Source: Chrysomallon squamiferum
Lineage: Eukaryota > Animalia > Mollusca
Assembly (NCBI GenBank): GCA_012295275.1
Contig: CM022671.1
Coordinates: forward strand, 35,960,001-36,024,000
Length of the DNA: 64,000 nucleotides
Direction of reading: 5' to 3'
In this document: piece by piece, positions 28,676 through 49,333 of the stretch
Numbering within the stretch: position 1 is the stretch's first letter
Layout: every line of letters starts with the position of its first letter
Notes under the pieces: generated by a model
What the model saw: only the letters and a program-made list of their open reading frames with translations
Database searches by the model: none
What the model was told of the DNA's origin: nothing
Made by a program: the position numbers and the translations under genes

Positions 28676-31600
28676 ACAATAAATAAATAAATAAACAAAT
28701 AAATAAATAAATATATAAAATGAAGAGAAGAATAAGATTAGAATTATTAATACATACAGAATATAAAATATAAAAAGTATATTATGAAAGAGAATTTATT
28801 TCTGTACCTAAGCTGTAAGACATAATAATGAAAAAGCAATAGATAATGTTATCAACAGCAGTAGATTCTGTTTTTCTAGTTACTTCTGTAAATTTCTGTT
28901 AATAAAATATTAATAAATACATTCTGTGTAAAAATATAGTAATCAGTATGTATGTCATAGATAATCATTATATATGATTATATCAAATTTAGGATTATAA
29001 ATTATGTGTTTAAGTAACCGTAACAATTTATATTAATTAACAATATTTCAATAATTAACAAATAACTATTTGACTGATCCAATATAACAGTCATTATTAC
29101 TGTTTTATTATCCATATTTATTTCTGTTTGTGTTAAATATGATTTAATTATGTTTTACAAACATTTAGGTGTTGTGTTGAAATATAGTGTTTAGTTGATT
29201 AATGTATACAGAAACATATGATTAAATAATAGAAATAAAATGTTGGTTAGGATTATATTTGAAATGAATTTGCATTAAATTCTAAGCAGTAATTGTACTG
29301 AAATGTTATATAATTTGCAATGTTTCTCATTATTATTGAAATTTTAAATGAATATGTGTTACTTTTTAAGCAATATATAAAAATTTAGAAAAGGAAGATT
29401 AGAAATGAAGAACGACGTGTAAATCTCTTTTTGAATTTTCTAAAGGTAAATTTGTATTTTCTAATACACTATCTATAGCTTCTGTTTTCTAAAACTCCTG
29501 TATTTCATTCTATCTACATTGTCTAGCCACAGTTCTCTAATCAGCAGCTGTAAGGGTTTGATTAAAAATTAAATATTTATACTGACTGAAATCAGAGAAA
29601 ACAATACTATGGATTTCTGCAGCTAATTATAAATTATAAATTGCTAGAGTCATGTAGCCTGGTAATTTCAAATTAACATTCAAAAAGTAACTTAATAAAT
29701 AAAAACTTACATTTAAATAAAATTTTAGTAGGAAATGTTAAAGAAAAAAAAAAATAATAAAATAAAAAAAAAAATATAAAAAAATAAAAATTAAAAAATT
29801 AAAATTTAAAAATTTAAAAATAAAAAAAATTTAAATTTAAAAATTAAAAAAAAAATTAAAAGTTCAGAAATATCCAATTAAATATATTTTTTATCATTTT
29901 ATCTGGTGTTATACATTAATTTTTAAATATTTGTTTCTTTATTTATAAATTAAAAAAAAGTTTTTTATGATTGTTGACATTGACAAAGATGCAGTAATTT
30001 ATTTATCACTCATTTACTTATTCTGCTTCCAATTATGTAATTAAAATTTAAATACTAGCTTACCAGTTAGTTTCATTTTGCATAGATAAGTATATTCAAA
30101 TTGACATTAGCTATTTTTATTTACTTTAAAAAAATATAATGAAAAAAAAGAACTTCATACAGGCAATATGACTCAAACACAAATTAAACAAATAAAAACA
30201 ATTAAAAATCAGAATTAAAAGAACTTTATTTGTAAACTGAACATTATAATTATGTGGTTGTAATATATAATAAAAGTTTGTTCTTGCTGGTGTCTTTTAA
30301 AAAAAAAAAATAGAAATTTAAAAAAAATAAATACAGTAAGTTTTTAAATAAATAAATAAAAAATTTGACAATGAAAAAAAGACATAGTAAGCAACCACAT
30401 AATTATTTAACGTCAGAAATCAGTCAAAGCAGAACTTCAAGAGCTAGGCAGCTAGCAATGATGGATGTTTTTAACTTTGGTCCATCATTAATTAATGATC
30501 TGCACTCACCCGAATCTTCCTGCCTTCACTCATCATCTGTGTAGTTAATTCAGAACACAAGCAGTAAAAATACTTAGCATCATAAGATGAAAACTATGTG
30601 TATGTAATGAAATATGTGATTTTAGGAACTTCATAAATAAAATAAAATTAAAAAAGAATTTCATGAATCTTATGTCACCAATATAACAAGTGAAAATAAT
30701 TTTTGAAAAAGAAAAATGAAAGCAACTTAAAATTAAATGAAATTAAATATATGCTATTAAATGGAGCTAATGTAAATAATATCTGAAAATAGACTGTAAG
30801 AATTACAAAAAATGATATATTAACTGTTTCTCAACATAAATATCAGATATTAAGATGCTGTTAACATATGTATCTATCTGTGGGTGTGTGTGTGTGTGTT
30901 CAAGTTGTCTGTTAAACGAATGTTAAAAGTAAATTATGCCTTGTATACAAACAATATCAATAGTAAGGACAAGTTAGAAATTTATAAATAAAATGAAAGA
31001 ATAATCAACTAATGAATATTTAACAAAATGTGAAGGTTGATATATGAACTAGTTAAAATGATATATATGTGTATATATGTGTGTGTGTGTGCATGCATGT
31101 GTGTGTTGTGTGTACACACACATACACACACTATTATATACATAGTGAGAAATACTGAAGTATTTTCTAATGTGAAACAAGGAAGAGATCTATGTAACAA
31201 AGTGTGTTGATATGACTGGTATGTGATGAAATATAAATTTGCAGGTGATACTGTTCAGTTTAAATAAATACATTAAAACTGAAAAATAAATATATTTCAT
31301 GCTATTGTTTCTTTAACTTTGAGTTACAGTGATATAAAATTTACCGCCATCTTTTCCTCTTTGGTTAGTTTCCTGCGCTGTGTTGTTCAATATTTAAACA
31401 TTGTTAGTATTTTCAGAACAAACTGGTTTTACAAAAAAACCTGATAATATCTTTACAAAAATTAATTAAAAAGAATAAAAAAATGAATTAAATTAAAAAA
31501 TAAAATAAAATTCATATGACTTTTTTTTTGTATAAATTTGCTAAACAAATGACATATTTTTAACATTAAATGGTAGAAAGCATAAAATCCATTTTAATAA

Positions 31601-32981
31601 GCTTTTGATTATACTGAATATGGGTATGATATTCAGCTTAGTCTGTAATTTGAAAAATGTATGTTTTTTTGCATTAAACACAATATTTTATGGAAAATTA
31701 ATCATTGTTTTGAAATGAGATAATCTGTGGCTAACATAAACATCAAAAGAAACTTACAGTTATGAAAGACTTGTTTGTTATTGTTTTTTGTTTTGTTTTA
31801 TTTAAACAAAAATTATGTAATTAAATCAACATTTGTTTATTTATGGCTGTTCTGTGATGATATCAACCAAATTCATTATTTAAGAAATAAATCATTATGA
31901 CATGTGTCATAATAAAACCACTTCTCTTTATTTACAAATAAAACAAACTCTTACGCTCAGGAGAACAACATTCTAAGTTCTGAAATTAGGATTCACTTAT
32001 GAAAACAGATTTGCTGAACATAAATATAAAAAATATAAAAAATGTGTACGTTTTATATAAAAGTAATATCTGGTCAGCAAGAAAACAGAGGTGTGTATTT
32101 TTGAGAAAAAAACTCCTACCTCGCTGGGGAACTCTGGGGCTTGTGGTTTTTGTGGTAGCTGAGATATCTCTTCCTTTGTTTCATCTATAGCCTTCAGTGC
32201 AGTCTCCTGTCTGCTCACAATAACAACAGTAATAATAATAATAATAGCAAGTAATTAAATAAATGAGGTGTGAAGCAGTGTTGCTTGTAAATATTAATTC
32301 ATTGACGTTTTATGTATTAATCCAGCTTTAAAAAAAAAGTTTAAAATGTTTTGACTGTGATTAATGTGGTGCTATAATGGATGACTCCAGAAAGAAATGT
32401 ATTGAATTACCTCAGATATTTATGAATATTCAATATGGTGGAGGAAATTACATGTGGTGGTTGATAGCATTATGTATCCGTTGACATAAATTAATATCTT
32501 AACAAACATTCAACAAATGTTTGGAAGACAACCCACTGGAATTTTTGATTATTTTCCAATAAATACAGTTTCTGATCCTGCATAAGATTTCATTTGATAA
32601 TATAGTGAGATTGTTTAATGATATATGTTTTCATCATTTTTCTAAGGATATATTCTGTAAATGTCTGATGATATATGACATATCTTCTACACTTTTAATG
32701 ATGTATGATTCAGTCTGTAAATGTTTTGTGAAAAGAAAATGTATTATTTGTATGTCTTACAGAATCTTCATGAGAAGTTTTTGTTTGTGAGTGGACAGTC
32801 TGAATGTCATCATTTTACTCTTCAGGTAGGGGTCTTCTTTTGGGTGTTTAGGCTTTTTGATTGGAGGCAGACGGGGATATCCATCTGGCAGCAAACCAGC
32901 CAGGCTGTCTTTGGCTGGTCGTTTGCTTTTTCTTTCTTCAACATTTATCTCCCCCTGTGTTTCCTCCATTGCAGACGCCAT
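746..32981 (-). CDS. DNAH12: Axonemal inner-arm dynein heavy chain, DNAH12-like (DNAH3/7/12 group); 5' part of a multi-exon gene, 3' end lies beyond position 1
   Basis: 50 coding exons traced by hand with consistent splice phases (~9,106 nt, ~3,035 codons): 32981-32761, 32210-32120, 31377-31345, 30536-30510, 27939-27750, 27486-27411, 27079-26921, 26392-26309, 26061-25950, 25315-24970, 23783-23692, 23211-23033, 22787-22652, 22315-22190, 22038-21832, 20975-20854, 20501-20225, 19796-19611, 19256-19056, 18754-18560, 18029-17908, 17746-17464, 17161-16885, 16558-16233, 15872-15780, 15368-14976, 14557-14328, 13882-13699, 13549-13325, 12854-12669, 12387-12262, 11581-11393, 11183-11038, 10660-10355, 10007-9815, 9415-9210, 8790-8716, 8441-8354, 6814-6636, 6338-6146, 5857-5696, 5268-5074, 4879-4746, 4428-4266, 4032-3775, 3442-3311, 3079-2990, 2736-2206, 1752-1607, 960-746. 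Dynein motifs: [14 protein letters not shown] linker, AAA1 [35 protein letters not shown]2 [11 protein letters not shown]3 [11 protein letters not shown]4 GVGGSGRQS, stalk and MTBD, AAA5 start [14 protein letters not shown]. The N-terminal tail ([54 protein letters not shown]) matches DNAH12 as I recall it. Family assignment is certain; the orthologue call is from memory. Confidence 0.92.
3119..3240. repeat. (TGTAT/TGTAC)n pentanucleotide microsatellite
   Basis: Read directly from the sequence. Confidence 0.9.
10149..10367. repeat. 26-bp tandem array (8 intronic units plus the exon end) spanning a donor site
   Basis: Unit CAGTGTCCATGGTAA(CT/TA)CAAACTGAC, derived from the exon end CATGGTCACTG|GTGAGT. 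Confidence 0.95.
12002..12268. repeat. 91-bp tandem repeat x3 spanning a donor site
   Basis: Units start at 12002, 12093 and 12184. Each ends in a copy of (T/C)TTA(C/T)TTGGAGG. Confidence 0.9.
17162..17463 (-). other. GC-AG intron in the dynein gene
   Basis: Sense GAG|GCAAGT...TTGCAG|GCA joins VIEAAIE to [10 protein letters not shown] in phase 0. The nearby GT is out of phase. Confidence 0.85.
18028..18330. repeat. Degenerate ~40-45-bp tandem array that begins at an acceptor site
   Basis: Repeated TAATATAACATATTACATAAC...; the acceptor motif ACCTGTA(C/A)ATAAACAATAT occurs at 18028 and 18272. Confidence 0.75.
19788..19856. repeat. Perfect 32-bp tandem duplication spanning an acceptor site
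   Basis: AATGTATTCCTAGAAAATAACAAAACACATTC occurs twice, at 19788 and 19820. Confidence 0.95.
21431..21848. repeat. 49-bp tandem array (8 intronic units plus the exon end) spanning a donor site
   Basis: ATTACTTACTTTG(T/C)T(T/G)ATCCAGCTGATTAAAAGAATATCATAGTTTAAT starts at 21431 and recurs every 49 bp to 21823. Confidence 0.97.
25350..25415 (+). mobile_element. Possible degenerate tRNA-derived SINE head
   Basis: A-box-like TAGTAAGTGGTTAAG followed at tRNA-like spacing by B-box-like GGTATCGAATCCC. No intact cloverleaf. Confidence 0.35.
30510..30536 (-). CDS. DNAH12: 27-nt in-frame microexon of the dynein gene (MMSEGRKIR)
   Basis: Sense strand reads ...ctacacag|ATGATGAGTGAAGGCAGGAAGATTCGG|gtgagt. 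Consensus donor, phase 0-0, purine-rich. Confidence 0.65.
31345..31377 (-). CDS. DNAH12: 33-nt in-frame microexon of the dynein gene ([11 protein letters not shown])
   Basis: Sense strand reads ...acaacacag|CGCAGGAAACTAACCAAAGAGGAAAAGATGGCG|gtaaat. Phase 0-0, matching the flanking exons (FPSE| and |LNYTF). Confidence 0.7.
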
Positions 32982-33539
32982 GTCTAAAAATAAACATTTA
33001 CCATAATCAGCTACACTGTACTCAGTGTTACCTACATAGCCTTCATTATACATTTTTCTGTGGTAATCATTCAGTACAGAATTATTAAATATAATTTTTA
33101 GTTGTAATTATTAAAATTTATAATTATGATATAAAATTATTTTATAATCTGAAACTATTAAAAACGATTTCCCAATTACAACTTATTTTTCATCTTAAGA
33201 AAAAGACAAAATAAATTATTAATAAAAAAAAAGGTATTATCAATTGTATTACTATCAAACTGAGATTCAGTCCATTTGAATAATTTATGTTTATCATAAC
33301 ATTATAAGAGTGAATAATTTCACAGCACTATCAACTCCATTTAAACTTAAAATGCTAATGGGTGTAACATTAATTATATTTCGAAAAGTAATAAATGAAT
33401 CTAGAATTCAGAAAATTAAGACTAATGAAAATAAACAGAATAACAATTGGCTATTAATGTATATTTTATTTGATATCATTATATATTCTACTTGGGGAAA
33501 GTATTTATGTACATTTAAATATTATTATTATATTTAGAC

Positions 33540-34000
33540 TGAAATGAGAAGGACGTAGTCCAATCTTACCAACCGAACAGCAATGACACAGAACTCTCAG
33601 ACGAAAGCAAAATCAGTATATCCTTAAAATATACTAACCTTTTGATTGTGAAACGTTCTATACACAAACAGATCACAATAGTGGACAAAGCTTTAAAACT
33701 AAAAGGTTTTTTTCTTACATCTTTAACTATTTGTTACAAAAATTAAATATATTGTGACCTCTGTTGTTATGGAAGCTTTAGCGACCAACTTCCATTATTT
33801 TCTTACGGAAACCGTCAACAGTCGGAACGTGGGTTTTGATTAGTTAGTTTCGTACCAACAACCAATTAAATAAATCGTTGTAGCTATGCGTTGGAAAGCT
33901 CCTTAGCAACGACAGAGTATGTTAAAATGGCTGCTGCTTAATGACGAGAAGGTTTGAGGATAGTTATTTGCTTTCCGAATAGGTAAGCTAAGTTTAAATT
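33540..34000. promoter_or_regulatory. Putative bidirectional promoter for DNAH12 and IQUB with RFX X-box-like sites
   Basis: Local CpG retention between two CpG-poor gene bodies. X-box-like motifs GTTGTTATGGAAGC (33763-33776), TTCTTACGGAAAC (33800-33812) and GCTCCTTAGCAAC (33898-33910). CCAAT at 33862; YY1-like AAAATGGCT at 33924. Outward-facing donors on both strands (minus near 33639 and 33719; plus AG|GTTTGA after 33951 and AG|GTAAGC after 33982) imply short first exons. Confidence 0.75.
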
Positions 34001-34262
34001 TTAACTTTTATATTTAAATTGTATATCAAAGGTTCAATCTTTCTTAAAACTGATTTTTTTTTCTTTTTCCTTAAATAGCTGAAGGAATGATAATTATGTT
34101 TCTCAATGAAAATATAGATATCGTTAACAATAACATACGTATCTGTTTGAGTGCTGTGCGCGCGCATGTGTGTTTGCATATGTGCATCAGTATCTGTGTA
34201 ATTATGTATATGTATATGTATGTGTGTTTGTGTGTGTGTGCATGCGTGTGTGTGAATATATA

Positions 34263-34294
<32 letters not shown>

Positions 34295-34582
34295 AAATTG
34301 TTTAAAAGATACGATATAGCTCTATCAGAAGATGTAACCGAAAACCGATATAAATGATTTTTTTTTTTTTTATCTTACATTAATTTTTATTTATATTTAT
34401 CTTTTTATCTTTTAATTTTTTTAAATATATTATCAGTTATAATTTTCATTTAGTATTATTTTATTAATTTGTTTCACCAAAGGGGCATCTTCTCTTTTTT
34501 TCCTTTTTTTTTTCATATTAAACAAATAATAATGTTAATGCCACTTTTTAAGATTATTATTATTATTATTTCTAGTAACAAA

Positions 34583-43116
<8,534 letters not shown>

Positions 43117-43259
43117 AGGTCAGCAGGGCTGGACACAGTTTTGTGTGGGGACAGGTACATGAAGAAACACATTGTCAAATATTGTTTACGAAAAGAAAGA
43201 GCAACGAAGGGTTGACGATATGTAGATTTATATATTTCATATTTTTATGTTTTATAATT

Positions 43260-43885
43260 TATAAAAATAAAAATGCATTTGTGACATGTGTCATGGTTAA
43301 CCTGTTGTATAATTCACCCTGAAAAAAACAAAAAGAAGAACTAAAACAGTAGAGTGGTAAATACAATCAGCAGCTGGAAAAAAAAAAAAAAAAAAAAAAA
43401 TGAAAAATGATAAAAACAAGGGTGAAATCATGAAGACTATTATTTTTACACAGAGTTGTAGCTAAGTATATTCTTGTAAATTTCGTTGTATTGTTTTTGC
43501 TGAATTTTTACCAGTATTACTTCAGTTTTGAGGGTGACTGACCAGAGGTCAATGGTTTTGAATATCTGTGATATATTTTTGATTTACAGTAATTTTTTTT
43601 TTTGGCTTGTTTTTAAGTTTATTTGTCTAAGAGATGATGTGTATGTGAATTTTGTAGAAAGTATTCTGTTGTGATTTCAAGTTAAATTGCATGTGTGAAC
43701 ACAGTCCACTATAATAAATGTGTACAGAAAAATATGATTAAATTATCTTAAGTGTCTTCTCTTTTGTTTGTTGTAAACTGAGAAATGTAAAAGTATTACT
43801 GATACTGTTATTTTATTATTAATCTTATTATCATTTAACTGGCATTACAATTAATTGTTATTAATCAAAACAGTTGAATAAAACA
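43260..43885 (+). terminator. Candidate IQUB polyadenylation signals
   Basis: AATAAA at ~43266, ~43713 and ~43877, downstream of the IQUB stop codon. AT-rich context lowers specificity. Confidence 0.4.
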
Positions 43886-44764
43886 CTAGTTTGTATGTAC
43901 GTATGTGTTTATGTATATGTAAGTATGTATCTATATTATCATAATTTTTATTTATATATTTGCTTGTTTGTTTATTTATTATATTTATTTATTTGTTTAT
44001 TTATTTATTTATTATTTATTTTACTATTTATTTATTTCACTATTTATTTATTTCACATTATTAATGCAATTGTATTTTCTATAAAAGACATAGGCATTAA
44101 TTTTCAGTTGAATTTTATATTTTTATAAGTAGTATTATTACTGTTTAAGCCATACTAATTGTTCTACCCTGAAAGTCATTTATTACTGAAATATCGTATT
44201 CAGACTAATCAGTGAATTTATTATTCAAATAAACATTGCATTCGCAAATAATTATCTCAAACGGGGTCTGTAAAATACCTACAAAGACTGAGTATCCGGT
44301 TTGTTCATAAACTAATGCTAATACACTATTAGATTCAATCGATAAAACTAATTCTAATAAATAAATAAATATATAAATAAATATTTGATTTAATACTTTA
44401 TATATGAAGTAGACAGACTTTTAAAGGCATCAATATGTGTACATAAAAAGTTATTTAACTTCACTGGACAAAGTAAATGAATGAATGAATGATTAAAATA
44501 ATATTTATTAACAATACTTTATTTATTGCTTGTGCTAATTTATTGACGGTGTGATAAAAGAAATCCACGGCTGTTACCAGTTTAAATATTCATCAGCATG
44601 TTTCTTTTCTAAGCACAACAGCAACTTCCTCGAACATATAATAATCCAGCTGAAGCACTTAAACGGAAAAAGTCAATAATCGTTAGAAAAACACTTCTAC
44701 TTGAATTTTTTTATTTACAGCTCTGACCAGTGAGCCAGCGTCTAAATTACTTGGTTCTTTTTAA

Positions 44765-44769
<5 letters not shown>

Positions 44770-44821
<52 letters not shown>

Positions 44822-44938
44822 TTGATATTATTATTATTATTATTACTATTATTATTATTGATATTATTATTATTATTATTTTATTATTATTATTATTATT
44901 ACTATTATTATTACTGTTATTTACTTTTTTGTTATTAT

Positions 44939-45011
<73 letters not shown>
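44770..45011. repeat. Compound (TTA)n and (CT)n microsatellite
   Basis: Read directly. Other (CT)n/(GA)n tracts lie at ~4560, 24563, 60100, 62225 and 62950. Confidence 0.9.
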
Positions 45012-45017
<6 letters not shown>

Positions 45018-46584
45018 AAGCAAAGTGTAAAATTATCTGCGAAGTCGTGTCTCTGGTTATCGATTATGTCACAATTACTGTAACTTCTCGCCGCGAACAC
45101 ACGTAGAAGTTTTCTCAGGAGACGAATTCACAAAATTCTGCCTGTCGTAATCCATTACATTTATTTTTGTTTTCAGAAAATTAATAATGATCAGTATGTC
45201 TTCTTTCCTTCTTTCTTTGCTTTTCCTCTTTTTCTCTTATCGAAATCATTTGGCATTTCAACCAAAATAATTATGATAAAAAACGTTTTGTTATTATTAT
45301 TATTTAGTATATTTTTCTTCTTTCTTTTTTCAGTAATAGTGACCATGATTATAATAATAATAATAATAATAATAATGCAAAATGAAAGCGAAACGAATGA
45401 TACAGAAATATGAACAAAAGAAAAAACATTTATTATTTGAAATTTGAAACTCATTTCTGATTAAGAATGACAGATTAAAAAACGAAATAAATGAATAAAT
45501 AAATAAATAATGAAAGAAAGAAAATATAAGGAAAGAAAAAGAAATGAAAAATCAGTTATTTTAAAAGTATTAATTACGCATGATCTGTAGAAACTGAAGT
45601 CTGTTCTAGTTAGTTTTCAAAGCAATAAATATAACAAATAACCAGCTGTCGGTATAACATAAGCTTACAGCGTACTAATAAATATTCATAAGTAGACTTG
45701 AATAGTTATAATCCGCATTTGACACGCTCAAGCAAGAAAATGAAAATAAATAAAGAAAAGAAAAACTATATCTGACAGGTACCGCTCTTGAATTATTCAT
45801 GTATCATAAAACGTTTATGAAAGGAAAAACTATTTATTCAGTCGAGTTCTTCAGCTGACTTCTGAAGTAATTCTTCGAGGAGAATGTTTCTTTTCAAGTT
45901 GAAACTGTAAATATTAAACGAATACGAAGTCACACTCGACATGTGTTGTACGTCTGCAAAGCTTATTAATTGTTAACTTAAAGTATCAATAACTTTTTTA
46001 TTTATTTATTTATTGTTATTTATTTTTTATTTTTTTTTTTTTTTTTTTGTATCAAAGTTTTATTCACGCTTCTTACACAACCCTGTAATAACACTTGAAA
46101 GTAGCTTACATCCTACAGTATTCATAACAGATTCGAGGTTGCATTAACAAAAGATTTCCACACACATTCATGTATATTATTATACACAAATGTATATCCA
46201 CTCATACATACACTTAGAAACATACATACATATCCAGATAAGTATGTACGTACATAAGTAAACGTACAAATTTACATCTACTTTATAAAACGAAACTGTT
46301 AACGATGACGACAAAGATGATGATTATTATAAGCAATAAATAAATAAATAAATAAATTTCAATACTTTGGCTTCACGAAATAAAGTACTTAGGAAACACG
46401 AATGAAATGTACCAGTAGAATTTATCATATTTTTCTGTAGGAAGTGGACAATTGTCAGTTTAATTTCTTTTTTTTCATTTGTGCGATATCACACACACAT
46501 GCACACGCACACGCACACACACATATATACACACATAAAAAAAGACATATTTTATTATTATTAAAGGTTTGTCTTTAGCGTAAA

Positions 46585-46615
<31 letters not shown>

Positions 46616-49026
46616 GTATAGTAGTAAGAGGAGGAGAGTAGTAGTAGTAGTAGTAGAAGTAGTAGTAATAATAATAATAATAATTTTTATTATTATAAAA
46701 ACAATTAAAATTTACAAAATATATTTGACCTAATTACATACACTGATATCACCAGAATGGCGCTGATCTCGAACAGTTCATCTCACGGGAAATGTTTAAA
46801 TCCTAAACTCAAACATTTCCAGAAGTAAAATAGTTTTTAAAATCTATACGTTGAGTTTCAAACATAATCGAATACCGTTTATTTTCAGAAAGACTGGGAG
46901 CTTTATTTAAAAACCTAGAAGGACATCCCTAGCGGGAGAGAAAATTCTGGATAAAAATAGCCAAAAGTTATGAGGAAATTAAAGTAGAGTTTGTGTGTAC
47001 AGCGTTTATATGAATATGACGTGCCGATCGCATTGATTTGGTACGGCTAACGGCGCGCTAGCCACATGCTTTCTTTGTCTCTGCTATTAAGACGGTTATT
47101 GAATGAAATCACGTAGTCTGGTAATGCTAAATTACTGGATTAGTTTGTTACTTTTACATGCAGAAACCAGCATACATAACAGAGGGGGCGGGAATAAAAA
47201 GGAAGAAAGAGAAAATTAAAAAAAGAAGTTTTTATTATTTTTATTTTTTTTTAAACATTTGTAAGCGAAAAGAGAGCAGTCGACTGGTTTCCATTCGCGG
47301 AATATCGGAACGTTTCAGGAATAAACAGTTTACAGGAAGTCTATTCTCGGGTCATTGTGCAGAATCACTGAAATTAGCACGCTGAGAAGATCGTGTAAAA
47401 GATATCATTACATTTAGTCGTGATCATAATTATACCTCTAGATTGAAGGGTCTCGCTACTAATGCAGCTGATTAACGTGCACGCCGCTGCTACCGCGAGT
47501 TTGATCAATACATCGCGCGGACAATGAGTTTATTATGCAGCTCTATACACAAGAGAATTTCGCAGTACTTTACGTTATTTATTACATTTATGTCAGAATG
47601 CTTGGCGACTGTGTAACGAGAGATTACCAATTAATCTCATATACTTGCCACGCGCTTCTTGTGATATATGTATCGTTTTCGCCGACAGAAGCAGCCGCAA
47701 ATTAGAGAAGTGATCCTTAGACTGGTAAATGTGTTGCACCTGGGTTACTTCTGTTCAAACCATCGCTGCTAATGACAACTACTGATGCTGTACGTACGAC
47801 GCCATTACAAATACAACTGTGGTGTAGTTTGCTGTACAAATTAAATCATGTTGTTTTACTTCCGTATTATCTGGTCATTGTTGCTGTGACTATCAATACA
47901 GCAGCTGCGGCTTCTTCTCCTGTTGCACCTCCTACAACTACTACAACCGCCTCTACCACTACTACTTCTACTACAGCTACTACTACTACCACCACTACTA
48001 TGACAATTACGATTATTAATGCTACTATTACTGCAACTCCTGCTATGACTATTACTATTACCTCGACTGCTACTACAACAGCTGTTGTTATCCTACTGTA
48101 TTTATTACATTGTTCATGTTGTTAATCCTGATAACGATGAAACGTGTCGGTAGGCTGGTGTCAACACACAACCTGCTGGTTTCATTTGGTGCGAAGGTTT
48201 ATATCAAAAGTAACTTTAGTTATTAGAGTATAATCTGAGACTTAGCACAGCCTGGTAATGTGTGTGGAATGTCATAATATCTTGTAAGAAGAAGTATTAC
48301 GAAGTGAAAAATATATATCAGCCAATTCAGCTAAATAAATGTCTAACGTAACATGGATTTTTTTAGCCTCAACTAAATCCGTTCTGGTACCTGTATTGAA
48401 TTTTTGTATAACACATTGATTTTTTGTTATAGCACCATGGACAATAGATGTTGCATGTTTAAATGTTTATAACAAGAAAATTAATAACTAGAATTATACC
48501 AAATTTAGAATATTTTTAGATACTGGCAATATTTAGTTTATTTTAGGAACTCTCCGCTGAGATAATTGTAATAATAATAATAAGAGATTTTTTAAATCTT
48601 TTTTTTAACCTATTTCTGTTTATTCAGCTTTCGAATTTGTTGAAAGTGTATTTGACATTACAGCACAAACTTGTTTTATCGTTCATTCGAAAGAGAGAAA
48701 CCACAATTATCAAATTAAGAGTTATCTTTACCAATATACCAATTATATATTTTGTGTACTTGAGATATTGTTTGGAATGGGAAACTAGATCTTTGCTGTT
48801 GTTTAATATTTTGTAATAATAACGTTTCAGTATTACAGATGCAGATTAAGAAACTTCCATTCTGCTAGAACATTTCCCTGGTAACGAAAAAAAAAAAAAA
48901 AAAAAAATAATAATAATAATAATAAATAAATAATAAAAAAATAATAGTGATAACAACAACAACAACAACAACAACAACACAAAATAAAAAAAAAAAAAAA
49001 AATAAATAAATAAAAATAAAAGTTAA

Positions 49027-49058
<32 letters not shown>

Positions 49059-49294
49059 AGTAATAAGAAAAATAAACATACAAACTGTGTGAGTATTTTT
49101 CAGGAAGTGTAAGAACAAGGTGACACGTGTTTCAATCTTTGTTTTGTGTTTATTATTTCAACAAACACGTAATTCCGTCATTGTTGTTTTGTGTTTATTA
49201 TCTCAACAAACACGTAATTCCGTCATTACTGCTGTGTTTTCCTTCAGGGAAATCTGATCTTATTACGAAGCAAAAACATTATTTGAAATAATTT

Positions 49295-49333
<39 letters not shown>

